From assembly GCA_038087875.1 (NCBI GenBank), contig CM075988.1, forward strand, positions 15,068,001-15,132,000: a stretch of 64,000 nucleotides of DNA, given 5' to 3'. Source of the stretch: Malacoraja senta (taxonomy: Eukaryota). The notes under the pieces were generated by a model. That model was not told where the DNA came from and ran no database searches. It saw only the letters and a list, made by a program, of their open reading frames with translations. The translations under genes were made by a program, and so were the position numbers. Below are positions 25,020 to 38,717 of this stretch, piece by piece (position 1 is the stretch's first letter; every line of letters begins with the position of its first letter).

Positions 25020-25664
25020 TTACTTGCCTTTTTTTGTCAATATCCCAACAGTTATTATATTTCTCGTTGAATTTTCCAATACCAATAAAGCAAACAACAG
25101 ATTTGTAAATGCACTTAATTATATAGTTCTTGTTTTATTGCTAGCCTTGAGTAAGATTAAGTTTATGAAACACTTCCATGAAATGAATCAAACAGACCAT
25201 ATTTTATTCAAATTTGTTTAAATTTTTTGTGCTAATGTTTAGTGATCTAAATAATTAATGCAAAATTGGGACCCATAATAATGTAATGCCACAAATAATC
25301 ATCTGTGCCTGTTATCTTGAGAAGCCTCCCATGCACATCTGTCATTCATCATCTTTGCTGTTTGCTGAAATCACTGTCGCCCATTTCAGCTTCACACATC
25401 TGCATAATCCATATCCCATTGAACATCTTAGCAGATTTCAATGAGCCACTAACTTTTTTTTAAATTGGTTTCCATGTAAGTCACCAGCTTGGTTGGAATC
25501 AATAAAACTCTATGATGTATGTCTGCTGAAATAAAAGCATTCAAACTGCATTTTGATGGTACATTCATGCAACATAGAAAAAAGATTTTCTGCCGATCGC
25601 ACCTTTGCATTAGATACATAACATTCTTTTCACTCCCCCACTTTTTATCACAGAATTATAAAAC

Positions 25665-26450
25665 AATAAGACACAATCAGAAAATTCAGCTCATCGAGTC
25701 TGCTGTGCCATTCGATCATGGCTGATCTATTTTTCCCCTCTCAACTCCATTCTCCTGCCTTCTCCCCATAATCTTTGATGCCATCACTAATCATGGAGCT
25801 AAAAGCACTGAAAAAGGCCTTTTAGTCCATCTTGTTCATGCCGAGTTGGTATTCTTGGCTAATTCCATTTGCCTGCATTTGACCCGTAGTCCTATCCATA
25901 CATCTGACCAAACGTCTTAAAAATCGCAATTATATCTGCATCTTTAGCTTTCTCTGGCAACTCGTTCCAGACAAGGGCGATCCTCTGAGTGAAGAAGTTG
26001 CCCCTGAGGTTCCACTTCCCCACTCACCTTGTACTGTATCTATGCCCTCTAGTTTTTAAATCCTCAACCCTGGGGAAAAAGACTGAGCATTCACTTCATT
26101 CATGCCCCTCACGATTTTGTACATCTCAATAAGGTCACCCTTCAGACTTCTACATTCCATGAAGTAGTCTGAGCCTGTCCAACCTCTCAACTCAAGCCTG
26201 CCAGTCCAGTTAAAATCTTGGTGAATCTCTTCTGCACCTTTTCCAACTTAATGACATCCTTTCCTTTAGCTTGCCAACCAAAAACGCAAACAGTGTAATT
26301 TCACCAACAACTTGTGCAGCTGCGTTGTGTACAAACTTTAGTTCTCACTGCCATTTCCAATGAAGGCAAGCATGCCAAACGCTTTTTTCACTTTCTACCT
26401 GACTCCCCACTTTCAGCGAACTGTACTCCCAGATTCCTCTGTTCTGCAGA
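25665..26450 (-). mobile_element. Degraded CR1 3' fragments
   Basis: Similarity to the other CR1 3' ORF2/UTR copies in the window. Confidence 0.7.
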
Positions 26451-26940
26451 TTTTCCTTTTTAAGTACATAAATTTAATATGGAAAATCTCCTTTTAAATA
26501 TTTTAAATAATACACAAATAAATCAAGGAATTACGTAGACTCCCTGTATTTTTTTGTGTATTATTTAAATATGTTTCTCATTGCTGACCCTCTTAATTCC
26601 ACTTCTAAAATGTGAGGTGAAATCTGATCGCAAATGCCTTGTTAGTAGCTGAGCATAGGAGTCGAGCTTGTAATTGAATACGCAGAGTGGTAGTGTATGA
26701 AAATAGCAGCAGATTTTTATTCTTTTGCTGCACATTTCATTACTGGTAAGGCCATTAATTATCACCTTTCCTAAATGGGAAGAGGCAATGACAAGAATAA
26801 TAATATTACTTGGACCAATACAAATCATTCTTAGATTGATAAATTATGGGATATATCACATTTCATTTTAATAAATTAGCCACTGTTCACTTTTGATTCT
26901 AATTGCCCTATTCTGTTAAACTGTCCTTTTGCATTTACAG

Positions 26941-27122
26941 ATCAGTAAAATTGTGTCAAATCTTGCCAATCTGACCTTTCTGAATCTCACCTCGAATTCG
27001 CTGACTGAGGCCAAGTTAGACTCGACATGTGCTGCCTCTTTCTCCCAAATACAGAGACTCGTCCTCAACAATACCAAGCTTTCATGGGAAATCATTCACA
27101 CATTTCTGCAGGAGTTACCAAG
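26941..27122 (+). CDS. TBCEL: TBCEL coding exon 3 ([19 protein letters not shown]...LQELP)
   Basis: catttacag acceptor, AG|gtaaga donor; LRRs; overlaps ORF 26929..27126. Confidence 0.95.
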
Positions 27123-28726
27123 GTAAGAACAAAGGATGACTGCCTGTATGTCCCTGTGTCTATTCTCCCATTTGTCTTGGTTCCTTTCTTGCTTTACAAA
27201 TTTCTCATGATGTAACTGAAGACTTGAGTTAACTATTTTTTATTTGGATCCTCTGTCATCATAACCTTGAGTTTTGCTTTTTTCCATTCTTCTGGCGTTC
27301 AAAGGTTCAAAGGTTCATATTTTCATTACATATAAATCTCTGTGCCTCTCTTAAGCCCTCCAATCCACCAGCATCCAGTCATCAGCACTCCTCCCACACT
27401 CATCTTCTTCCCCTGCCCTTCACCCTGCTCTGTCTCTAAAAATAATGAAGGCTCAGTGGAAGTTTACTCATTTATAATTGATGTTTTGAGCTACGGTGCC
27501 TCACCACTGGAGGTCAGTGTGGTTTATTTTAAATAAAGTAATGACACGTCAATGGGATAAATCTCTGATTCTGTTGTTTGCTGTAGGGAAAAGGTTTTCC
27601 TTTGATTTTCCTTTTGTGCAGATTCCAATGTATGGTGCTTGAACACCTCTGCACAGAGTATTAGGAACTAAAAACAAATACATAAACCCTCATCCAACAA
27701 GATGTGGAATTTGCTCCAGATTTTTTAACTGACTGGGGGTTTCTAACTGAGCCCATAGGAGTCTCTGGGTGTTGGTACAACATGAGTCGCAGTGTATTAG
27801 TTTTATAATAATCTGGAGTGTGCATACATGCTGCCAGTTTACTTTCTAACTTAATCTTCATTTTTTGAACATTACTTGGGGCATTATTGTTTTATGTAAA
27901 TAGTAAGTTGCATGCAAAAGCTTTGATTAGCAGTTAATTTGCAAAGTGTACGATTAAATGTTCATCCATCTTATGTTCTGGTAGCAAGCTAGCATTCAGA
28001 CTTCAACCTTAGCACCCTTATGTATGAATACATTAGATGATTCAGATGCTGGGATTTAACTATTCACAACAGTGTCTGCTTCTTCAGTCAGGTGGCAAAC
28101 GTGTTTGATATCAAATGCCACCATTCTCCTCTACAAGTGATTTATTGAGTATTTATGAACCTCTTGGTATTTTTAATCTTCAAGTTGTTTTTTTTAAATA
28201 GAATTCTGTGTGAATCCATTCTCTATACTGCCAATGAAACAGCACAGAAACTGGTCCTTCAGTGCACAATGCCTGTGCAATTAGAATATATTTTATGCTT
28301 TTCAACATTTCTATTTTAAGAAATAGTGTAGTTTGTTCTTCCCTTTTCTTTGCTCTGTGTCGATGATGTATACAAAACTTGAATAGGAAGATGGATGAGC
28401 TTCCACCATCACCTGGAATACTACATAGTGGCAAATAAATGATTCCTCCAACAAGCGCCTGGTGTTTGAGCAATGTAGTGGGGAGATTAGTGCTGCACGC
28501 TATCATATTTGTTCCTTTGTGGAACTGTGCATTTGTATTACATTAAGCACTTGGTCCAATCTCCTTTCCTCAGCTGTAATACTTAAGCAATGAAGAGAAT
28601 TAATTGCCATGGCTCTGCGAGGAGAGATGATTGAGTTGCTACAGGTTTCATCTGCAGATAAAAACGATGACGTATAATTGTGTTGGATGGACTGCTAAGA
28701 TTTAGGAGTGTAATATGGCCTGATTC

Positions 28727-29758
28727 TAGGTATGTTACAATACTTACCTTCAGCAGCGCTGCAATTCTGCCACTGGCCGTGTGCGCGATTTGAGCGCCTT
28801 AAAGGGGGGGCGGGGTTAAAACGCGGGTTTCTCCTACCTTGTCCTGTATTATATTTCGTTGGAGTACAAGCGTTTGCTGAAAAATCGTTCCGACGGGCGT
28901 TTTGTGTATTTTTTATTTTTATTAAATCGACAATGTCAGCGCTGGAGTTATTTTAAAATCAGCTTCAAAAGCCGACAACGGGGATGGATTTCACACACGG
29001 GACAGGTAAACGAAAGTAGTTTATTTTAATGTATAAAAGTGCTTCTTAAGAAGCCTTTAATTCACATTTTTTTAATGCGAAACGGTGATTCTTTTCCCCG
29101 AACTAACGGCAGAATTTTTCATGCCGATACGGGGTTAAATTCACCGCAAATCAACGTTCCAAATGATCGCATTCCAGAAAACCTCACTCGCAAGATGATT
29201 TAAATGGCCATTAATTTACAGGTATTAAACATTAAATTCCTTCCATTTGGCCTGTAAATCCATGACAATGAGATTTAAAAATTATGTTTTATTGTGAATT
29301 CTTGTGTGAATGTTATTTGGACACTTAGGCTATTTAAAAATGTTAATCTATTCTTAAGAAATTGATAGATGTTTAGATCTAGTAATTGAATTTTGTAATT
29401 AGCTACAATTAGGTAACTAACTAATTATATGCTTTAATTTCATGTCATCTAAGTAAGATTGTTTCATATTTGTTTCAGAATGCTTCAATCTATAATAACT
29501 GAAAATTTCTTTCAGTTCTCTTAATTTTTAAGAAAGTTATGGGCTTTTGACTCCTCGATCACAGCTTTTGTGTTAAGTTAATGGAAAAGCAATGGGGAAC
29601 AAAATGCTAATTTCCGAGTATGAAAATGGCCATAACTTTTTTTATACTGAAGATATGAAAGTGAATTAGGTGTCAAATTAAACTTCATTTTATGCTTTAT
29701 CTGATGGGATAAATTGCAGACTTTATTTTTAAAATCTCAAAATTTTGTAACATTGCTA
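28727..29758. mobile_element. Non-autonomous DNA transposon, ~1.03 kb, short TIRs, 7-bp TSD
   Basis: Ends taggtatgttacaa / ttgtaacattgcta (12 of 14 complementary); ctgattc duplicated at 28720-28726 and 29759-29765. Confidence 0.7.
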
Positions 29759-30483
29759 CTGATTCATGTGTCTGTGTGCCATTTAGTGCAGTGATGAAGG
29801 ATATTTGTTTTTCTGCCTGCACTTTTGGTCTATTCTTCTTTCATTCCAATTATTAGTTTCTTCCTGTGTAGTGCATATCCTGCACTAAGCTGTGTTGTTA
29901 CCATAAGTATCAACAACCTGTTCCTGGATGTTGAAATTCTGAATGCATGTTCCAAATAACTGCATATAATGTAGAAAGAGATGAATTCAACACTTGAAAA
30001 TTCTGTTTTATTTCAAAATGTATTTCTAACGTAAACATATTACCTAAATAAGAAATGAAAAAAACCCTGCATATCTCATTCTATCATTTCATTTTTTTCC
30101 TATTTTGATTTTACTGTATGAAATGCCTATATGATTTCTAAACAATATCTTCAGAATCTAATAGAATGAGACAATTTATCTGCTGCTTGTTTATATGTGT
30201 GCATGTTACACAGGCACGATATGTAAAATGTAAAATTGTTATTCAGTATTTGTGTAAATATATGAGTTGTGCTGGTTTAGTGGAAAATCATAATTTTTCT
30301 GGTGACAATTCACATGTTTTGCAATGGCTATGTTAACGTGAATGTATTTCTAGAATGTCTCTGTTTATGAAACTAACTGTTCATCCCTGTGTATTCCCTT
30401 TTTTGATCTATTCCACACTTTTTCTTTGCTATATTCTTATTTTTGTGCTCTCTGGCATTTCTTTTATTCCCTTTCAAATGCAG

Positions 30484-30740
30484 GTTGGAGGAGCTCTTCC
30501 TGTGCTTAAATGACTACAGGACAGTTCTGCTATCGCCCTGTTCCTACCCATCACTGCGACTCCTCCATATTACTGACAATAATCTCACCGACTGGGCAGA
30601 GCTGCACAAACTTGGACAGATGTTCCCAGGTCTGGACACATTAATCCTGGCAAACAACCCACTGACCAGCATCATGGATTCACAGGCAACTTTGGCACGG
30701 ATTTTCCCAAACCTACGATCAATAAATCTTCATAACTCAG
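30484..30740 (+). CDS. TBCEL: TBCEL coding exon 4 ([11 protein letters not shown]...[12 protein letters not shown])
   Basis: tgcag acceptor, CAG|gtatga donor; LRRs; inside ORF 30443..30781. Confidence 0.96.
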
Positions 30741-32139
30741 GTATGAAATGGGATAGAATTATTTCACATCACTATGCTTAGAATGCAAATTAAATTTTTA
30801 TTTTGTCTACATTTGTTACGAGTGTCATTCTCGAGTCTGTAAAAATATTTTGAGTCATCTTGTCAGTTTTACAAATATTGGATTGGGCATGTTAGCTGTG
30901 GTTCTTATCATTGCTATTCTACTCGCTTTTGTCCTTTGGGAAATTCCACTGATGTAAGAGAAAGTTTCATGGATAAAAATAAAAGTTTCATTTATTCCAA
31001 CAAATCAGTATAGTGTATTCTGAAAATAATACCTTAATTCAAGAAAATTGGCGACCTTCCTGGAAATATAAATCCTTTAGATCATCCTCTGCAAAGTTTT
31101 GGAGCACTTAATATGAGGCCATGCTATACATTAGCACACATGATTTGGCTAAATGTAACCTGTACCAGTGTAAGCGATCTATATTGGAGTGATCTGTTCT
31201 AATGACTTTTCCTTGAACTCTTTTAAAATGATACTGTAGCATCTGTCTCCAAACCAATTGTGTTTAAAACATCTTCCAATAATCCTAAGCATGATTTATA
31301 AAAAATAAAAAATAAAAATCCCACTCCCGCCACCTTCCAGTTCAGGCATTATCTTATATCATTATCAGAATTTTCATTTCTCTGTTTCTCTTCTATTGGC
31401 ACTGTTAGCTCATTTCCGTTTCATTTTGGAATCATTTTTTGTTTTGTTTGTATTTTTTTATTCTTGCTTTTCCCCAAAATATACCAATTCATTCCTCCCC
31501 CCAACCCCTTCACGTACCTGCCCAACTCTCTGGTTATTTTCATCACCTGTATTTTTCTTGGCTTGCTATGCATGTAATGAACGAACCAAGTATCTGGATC
31601 TGTTGATTTAAGTGAGAAACATTCTCAGCACAACTAACTCCTTGAGCCTTTTATCCCAACCTTCCAAAAATCTGGTTGCTATTACTTGCCTTGTTTACTG
31701 AACATGTTAACATTCCCTTAATACGACCTGCTGCCTTCTTCAAAACATACCTTTTCAGTAAACTTTAACACACCTTATGAAAATTTCATAAACAAGAAAT
31801 TTGTATGATACATTTCACTTGAATCTATGCTGTGTGGTTTCCTTCAGCTACGTGCTCAGAAATTAGCACTTAGTCATTCAGGACTTGTTCTTAACATATC
31901 AGTTCTTCCTATCTCATATCTAACCCTTTTTCTTCCAGTTAATTTCATCCTGTGTAGTGTGTTACTATCAGAATTCCTCATGTTAGATCAAATCTGATTT
32001 GCCTTTTTGTTTCTTTATTCTTGCCACTTTGAACTCTACATACTTGTTTTGTACAACTATTCACTTTGCCCTTTTGAAAGTTCCTGTTCACTTTTGCAAT
32101 GTTATTATCTCTCCGAACTTGTCTGCTTTCTTGCATATT

Positions 32140-32380
32140 TAGAATTCAGAGATACAGCGGCCGTTTGTCCCACCGAGTCCACACTGCACACTGGGGGCAA
32201 TTTACAAAAGCCAATTGACCTACAAACCTGCATCTCTTTGGAATGTGGGAGGAAACCGGAGCACCTGGAGAAAATCCACGTGGTCACAGGGAAACCGTGC
32301 AAACTCCACACAGACAACACCTGTAGTCAGGATCATACCTGGGTCTCTCGCACTGTGCAGCAGTGACACTGTGCCGCCCT
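32140..32380 (-). mobile_element. HE1/V-SINE-like SINE, degraded
   Basis: Reverse complement resembles the SINE at 18293 (gggcggcacagtg head, ctccggtttcctcccaca core). Confidence 0.75.
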
Positions 32381-32887
32381 CTGTGTAGCTCTCGCATCTT
32401 CCAAGCTAAGAGATGATCATTTGGAAATATCCCCCCCACCCCCCTGCCACATCCATGAATTGGGGAACATTCCCTTTAGCCCAACTTTCAGTCTCCCATC
32501 TTCTAATCGTTAACCAACCTATGTCACAGATACCTCAAATTATATGCACTTTTATTTTGGTTTTCTACAATCTATTTCTATTATTTTTTATAATCTTTTC
32601 TAAAGAAAGTTTTGGAAATTGTGACTAGTTGGTATGCAGTTTCCTTACTGATTCTTTAATGCTCTCGGGTAGAGTTCATCATATCTGAAAGATCTGTATA
32701 AAAAATGTTCCATTTATTTACTTCATTACAATATGTTTACTTGGATCACATCCAGGCAACGTTTCTCTCTCTTCCCGTGGATAGATAGTAATCAATTTGA
32801 AATCAGGTGTAAAGTTTAGATATACTTTAAGTAAAAGCAAGATCAAATAGTAACTGCTGATGCTAATAGAGTGCTGTTATCCAATAG

Positions 32888-33014
32888 GACTAAGCTCATG
32901 GGATGACATTGATAAACTCAAAGCATTCCCTAAACTGGAGGAAGTGAGGCTTCTGGGAATTCGATTACTGCAAAATTATTCTGAGGAGGAACGACGCAAG
33001 CTCGTCATAGCTAG
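32888..33014 (+). CDS. TBCEL: TBCEL coding exon 5 ([25 protein letters not shown]...RRKLVIA)
   Basis: aatag acceptor, AG|gtaacc donor; translation matches TBCEL. Confidence 0.95.
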
Positions 33015-33544
33015 GTAACCAATCTTGAGAATATTCTGCGAGTCAGCTTCTGAGAATGTGTGTGATAAGTTTTGTATTCTGGTTGGGCTGTGGAGGATTC
33101 TCTGTCATCTGAGGGAAGGTTGTATTAGGCTGATGGTGCGGTACTTTGGGTGAGGTGTTTATTTTCCCGTGGTTGCACATATCCTTTCTTACAATGTTAA
33201 GATCTTTCTAAATTTGGCATTATTTTAGTAGTTCATTGGTTTGTTTCTTAGCCAGTTCCCCTGGGGTCAGGACAATTTCACTTACAAGCTGCTTAATATT
33301 TGGTGTACTTATGTAACTCAGATCTCAATGTGTAGTTTGCAAATGTCAATGTTGTTGTTTGGACATGGTTTTAAACATAAATTCTACCCTTCTCATCCTC
33401 CTGAACTGCCACTTCCACGTATAGTTATCTGAGCACACCTAAGATAATATGCTCCATCTCTAGCCCATCACGATCAATATCACCTCTCAACAGTGGACAA
33501 GCAGATAACAGCACCTTGTGAATCAGAAGATGATACTTTAAACG

Positions 33545-33930
33545 CACTCCAGACACTTGAGCATAAAAATCTAGGAGGATGCCTCAGTGGAGTATTGGGG
33601 ACTACTTCACCATCATAGACGTGGTGCTTTGGAGGAGATGTTGAGGTACATGGTTAATCCATGGCCCCATATGCCCTTTCATGTCATTGTAAAATATCCC
33701 ATGACACTCTTGGAGAAGAGCCAGGGAAATAGGAAATACCCTGTAACCTGGCCAGTATTTATTCATCAATCAACATTCCTTAAATTGTCTGGTCATTATC
33801 ATATTACTCTTGCAGGGACTTGGGCAAATTGACTGTCATGTCCTATGTTATAATAGACTACAATTCAAGTAATTTGACTGTAAAATGCACAGGGATGATA
33901 GACCGCTCTGAAAAGCAAGGCAATCTTTAA
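33545..33930 (+). mobile_element. Old Deu-domain-like SINE (SacSINE/AmnSINE-type)
   Basis: cactccagacacttgagc...aaaatatcccatgacact..gaagagccaggg...ctggccagtatttat resembles the recalled Deu core. Confidence 0.5.
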
Positions 33931-34346
33931 AATTATCCAGCAAGAAATTGACCATAATTAGCTCAGAAGTCTATGTTCTGCCCCCTTACAAAACAATCAT
34001 CCCACTTTCCTGCTTGCTTCATGCCATCTTCAATATCCTTACTTTGTTAAGCAGGATTTTAATTCCTTTTTAAAGGAATTTAAGGATTACACAGCAACAG
34101 CTTACATTTGTACATTGCCTTCAATGTTATAAAATAGCCCGAGCTGCTTCATGGGAGCATTAGATAACAGAAGCTGCCAAAGGTTTATGAAGACAGATGA
34201 CCAAAAGCTTGATTACAAATTTAAGTTTTAAGATCTATCCTTGAGGTAGAAAAACTGACACCTCTAGTGAGGGGGTTCGGAGCCCAGACTTTTCATGACT
34301 TCGGGCATGATCGCCAGTGGCCGGAGTGCAGAGACCTGAGTGGTGG

Positions 34347-34752
34347 CAGAAACATAGAAACATAGAAAGTAGGTGCGAGAGTAGACCACCAGGCCCATCG
34401 AGCCCGCACCGCCATTCGCTCATGGCTGAACACTAAACAGACACCCTTACCCACAAACAGTAGACACAAGACACAGAACACAAGACACTACCCTCCCCTT
34501 TATACCGCTATCACCCCTCTCCACCCCAAGAACCGCGTGATCTCCTGGGGAGGCAAAAAAACGGATAAAAACCCAGGTCCAATTCGGGAAAAAAATCCGG
34601 GAAATTCCTCTCCGACCCCAATCCAGGCGATCGACACTTGTCCAGGAGATCACTCGGGTCTTACTATACTAACCATACCTAGGTCCATATCCCTGCCCTC
34701 TCCCCGTAGCCCCTTATCCCCTTGGCAGCTAAAAAAACATCTATTTTAGACT
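34347..34752 (-). mobile_element. CR1 3' end variant with expanded, structured 3' UTR
   Basis: (ctatgttt)n tail and gaatggcggtgcgggctcga motif as in other CR1 tails, plus ~260 extra nt. Confidence 0.7.
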
Positions 34753-35234
34753 TGGTGTACTGCATTAGGTTAAAGATAAGGTGGAATAAGACCTTGGGTA
34801 CATTTAAAAACTACGGAGAGAATTTTTAAGCATGAACAATCCTTAAACAGGAATTAATTTAGATCAGACAGCATGGCTGATTAGGGAGTGGGACTTGCTA
34901 AAAATAAAGATAGGAAGAATTTTTGATGTGCTTAGTTTTAAGAGTGGAATAATTTCAATTCCTTGCTCTGACTTTTTACTTAAATTTTTAATGTTTTATT
35001 TTATATTTTAATGGTTATAAGCTAGAGATGTATGTTCAGCTCTCTAAGTCTGAACTAATTAGGTGAAACAAATCCCAAAAAGAAAAATGCCTGCTACAGC
35101 TCAGACAATATGCTACACTCAATCCAACAGGAAACTGTAAGTTTTGCATCCTCATGGGCAAAGTCATACGTTTGCTTCTAATGGTACATTAATTCATTAA
35201 ACCAAATTAAAGATAGACTCTTTTTTTTAAACAG

Positions 35235-35348
35235 GTTACCATCAATTATTCTATTAAACGGGAGTAAAGTTGCAGGAGAGAGGATGGATGCCGAACGATT
35301 TTTCATACGTTACTACTTAAAGCAGCCAGATGACGATTTACCAGAAAG
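35235..35348 (+). CDS. TBCEL: TBCEL coding exon 6 (LPSIILLNGSKVAGERMDAERFFIRYY...LPE), GC donor
   Basis: ttttaaacag acceptor; ends AG|gcaagt; phase 2 fits exon 7 (AG+A = Arg). Confidence 0.92.
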
Positions 35349-36321
35349 GCAAGTGATTCAAATTAAAGATTCTGCTCACTGCCACCCGTTCCCTACTACC
35401 TCTACTTTATTACTACCTTGTTGCTTCAAAGTCTACCTTTTTATACGTTTTAAAAATATAATTTCAAATGAATATGGTCTGACAAACTATGGCTTTGAAG
35501 AGAATATTGCTAATTTCAGTTGAAGTTTTATCAAGATTGAAACCTTGTCGTTCTTTGCATTTTGCACATTTAATTCCTTATCTAAATCGAACAGTCTGTT
35601 TCCCTGCCAACAATTTTACACTAGGAATTCAGGCATTGACATCATCCAGGCAATTCTAGAACACCATAATGGAACTCTAATCCTTATTAAGATGTTGAGT
35701 AGTAAAAGTGGAAAGTAAAAGAAAGAATATTATAGATTTTTTTTTAACATGCTTCCCACTGAGTCATGGAAAATGCTTCAGTTTAATCATGTGATCAGCC
35801 ATATGTGGTTTAATTAATTGACCGACCATATTTACAAGGTAGCCATAAAAGCAATTGAATAAACCAGAAGCTAAACCAAAACCAAGAACAAATGTAATTT
35901 TTTTTTGCATTTTCTTGAGCCTGGCTACCTAGTCATGTTCAATCCTAATCACTGAAATGTCCACTGTCAAAATAATTAAGTGGCCTAAATATTTTGACCA
36001 ATTTTTGAAATCTTCATGTGCAAAATATACAATCCCCATCACCATGTTTGAATGTGTTTGTTGAAGAATCTCAAAAGACTTGAAATATTTTCGTTTCCCC
36101 CCCCCCCCCCCCCCCCCCTCATCTCTAACTAGCCCTAGCCTCTCACTGTCTCGGCAGTCATTGATTAGAGGTGAGCCACACTCTTCATACCTGGTTCTGG
36201 GTTTGCCTCTATATTTTTTTGGCTCTCGGTCCTAGTTGACTCAATAAAATGTTACTTCTACAGAAAAGCTACTCCTCAGCTATTTTTGAGACATTTATTG
36301 TATCATCGCCAATGCTGTTGT

Positions 36322-37620
36322 ACGTAGACACAAGGAACTGCAGATGTTTGTTTACATAAAATAGACACAAAATGCTGGAATAACAGATTAGGCAGTATCT
36401 GGAGAACATGCATAGAAGACGTTTTGGCTTGAAGCCTTTCTTCAGACTGATAATGGTGAGGGGTGGGGGGGGGGGGAAGAAAGCTGGAAGAGAGGTGGGG
36501 GGGCAGGACAGTGATAGGTGGATATAGATGACGTTTTTTTAAATTCTCAATTATATGGATTACATGCAAACGTCTATTGGCACCATCCCTCAACTCTTTC
36601 TCTGCTACATTAACGACTGCATCAGGGCTGCCTTCTACAGAACCCATGCAGAACTCATTGATTTCATTAGATTTACCACAAAATTCCACCCTGCCCTCAA
36701 ATTCACTTGGACTCTTCCCTGACTCCCCTTTCCTGATCTCTGTCTCCATAACAGGGGATTATCAAGTGGCGTCTACTACAAACCTACTGACTCCCACAGT
36801 TATGTGGATTACACCTCTTCCCACCCTGCCTCTTGCAAAGATGCTACCCCCTACTGTCAATTTCTCTGTCTCTGCCACCTAAGTTCACAAGATGAGGCTT
36901 TCCATTCTACGTCATTCGAGATGTCCTTTTTGGTAGATGTCTTCTCACCTGCTATTATTGGTGGATCCTTCACTCGCATCTCCTTTGTGTCCTATATTTA
37001 TGTTCTTCTTTCTCCCCCCCCCCCCCCCAGATGGAACAAGGATAGAGATCCCATGGTTCTTACCTTTCCTTCCACTGGCCTCTGCATCCAACAATCATTT
37101 GCCAACTTTTATGCCACCTTCAATGTGATGTCACCACCAGTCACATCTTCCCATCTCCCGCTCTCTCCCTTTTCTGCCTTTTGCAGGGACCGCTCCCTCT
37201 GCAACTCCTTGGTTCACACAGCTTCCCACCCAGACCACCCCCTCCCCAGATACTTTTCCCTGCAACTGCAGGAGATGTAGCACCTGTCCCTTTACCTCCA
37301 CCCTCTCACGTCCATCCAGGCAGCCCAACAGTCCTTCCAGGTGAGACAGTGCATCTCCTCTAACCTCTTCTACTGCATACGGTGTTCCTGATGTGATCTC
37401 CTTTACATCAACGAGACCAAGCTAACCATTTTAATTCTCCTTCTCATTCCCCTATTATCCTTTCTGTCCTGGACCACCCCCATTGCCAGAGTGAGTCCAC
37501 ATACAAACTGGAGGAATGGCACTTCTTATTCCGCTTGTGTAGCATCCCATGGTCCAATGGATTGAACATTAAATTCTCCAAGTTTGGGTAACTAACCAGC
37601 AATTCTCTTCCCTGCCCCCA
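36322..37620 (+). mobile_element. Penelope-like element: inverted pLTR (36322-36530) followed by degraded RT-thumb and GIY-YIG region
   Basis: YINDCI (YIDD-like), PFLD-like and YYKPTDS..YVDYTSSHP motifs; GIY-YIG C-terminus as at 22252. Confidence 0.8.
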
Positions 37621-37869
37621 CCTCTATTCTCTCCTCTCTTCCCTGTGCCCAATCTGGAACAATTGTGTATTGAGCAACTTCCCACAGTTCTGTTTCATCA
37701 TCTATCTCAAATATTCACCCTTCAGCAGAATGTTTCTTACAAATTTTGAGTAAAAATGTTCAAAGTTACATACAAAATATTTAAATATACATATTGCTTC
37801 ATAATTTAAAAAAAAACTACTAGAGCGTCTTTTGTCTTTCCCGGTAAGAGTCCTAAAAATCTTCTCTAT

Positions 37870-38180
37870 TGTCTCCTTATAAATCTATTCTACAAGCTCT
37901 CTAACTTAATCATATCTTTCCTGCCCTGCTGTGTGGCAAAGAACTGCACACAACATTTCTTATGAAACCAAGCATACACCTGCTTCATCACCCTGTCTAC
38001 CTGTGTTGTCACCTTCAGGGATCTGTACACCATGGTCCAACTGGTCCACAACTCCTCTCAGGACTCCTGCCCTGGTTTAACTTGCCAAAATACATAAGTT
38101 CACACTTAACTTAATATGCCATTCCTTGCCCAATTTCCCAATTGTTCTAGATCCTGTTGTAACCGTAGATACCCTTCACC
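37870..38180 (-). mobile_element. Highly degraded CR1 fragment
   Basis: Patchy similarity to CR1 ORF2 copies. Confidence 0.5.
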
Positions 38181-38717
38181 GGCTGAAAAATAACAATTCA
38201 ACAATTTTTCTACTTACAGTATTCTTTAGTATTCACATAAAGTGACCCTTTAATCCATGCAGAACATCTTCTGCAGTACTTTTAGAAGTCTCTGTACTCA
38301 AATAGTCCACAAACTCTCCCTTGCATCAAGTCATTCCAATAAAATTTGGCAAACTTGATTGTCACAGAATTTGTTTTTTTCCTTGAATTCATCTTTGACC
38401 TTCCATTTTCTTATCTACTTGTTTCAGTGGCATCATTCTCAGACATGGATTGCACTTCCAGGTATATGTTGATGAAATCACTCCCAATGATCATATGACT
38501 GCCTCCATACAATTGAAATATATGACTGAATTTTAATGATTCAGTTTTTCATTTTGGATGCACATTGGGTGTAACTTTTTCATCAAACTACCAGGCTTTA
38601 TTTCAAAATGTTTGTTGGTCTGCCCTTACTTGTGATGTGAACCATGCATACCAACCAAATTCGGTTTGTAACTAGTTGCCCAACCATTGAGGTTGGAATG
38701 CGTAAAGCATCGATGTA

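Noticed and set aside
28740..28749. ATACTTACCT matching the U1 snRNA 5' end
   Set aside because: Downstream sequence does not continue as U1; it lies within a DNA-transposon end.
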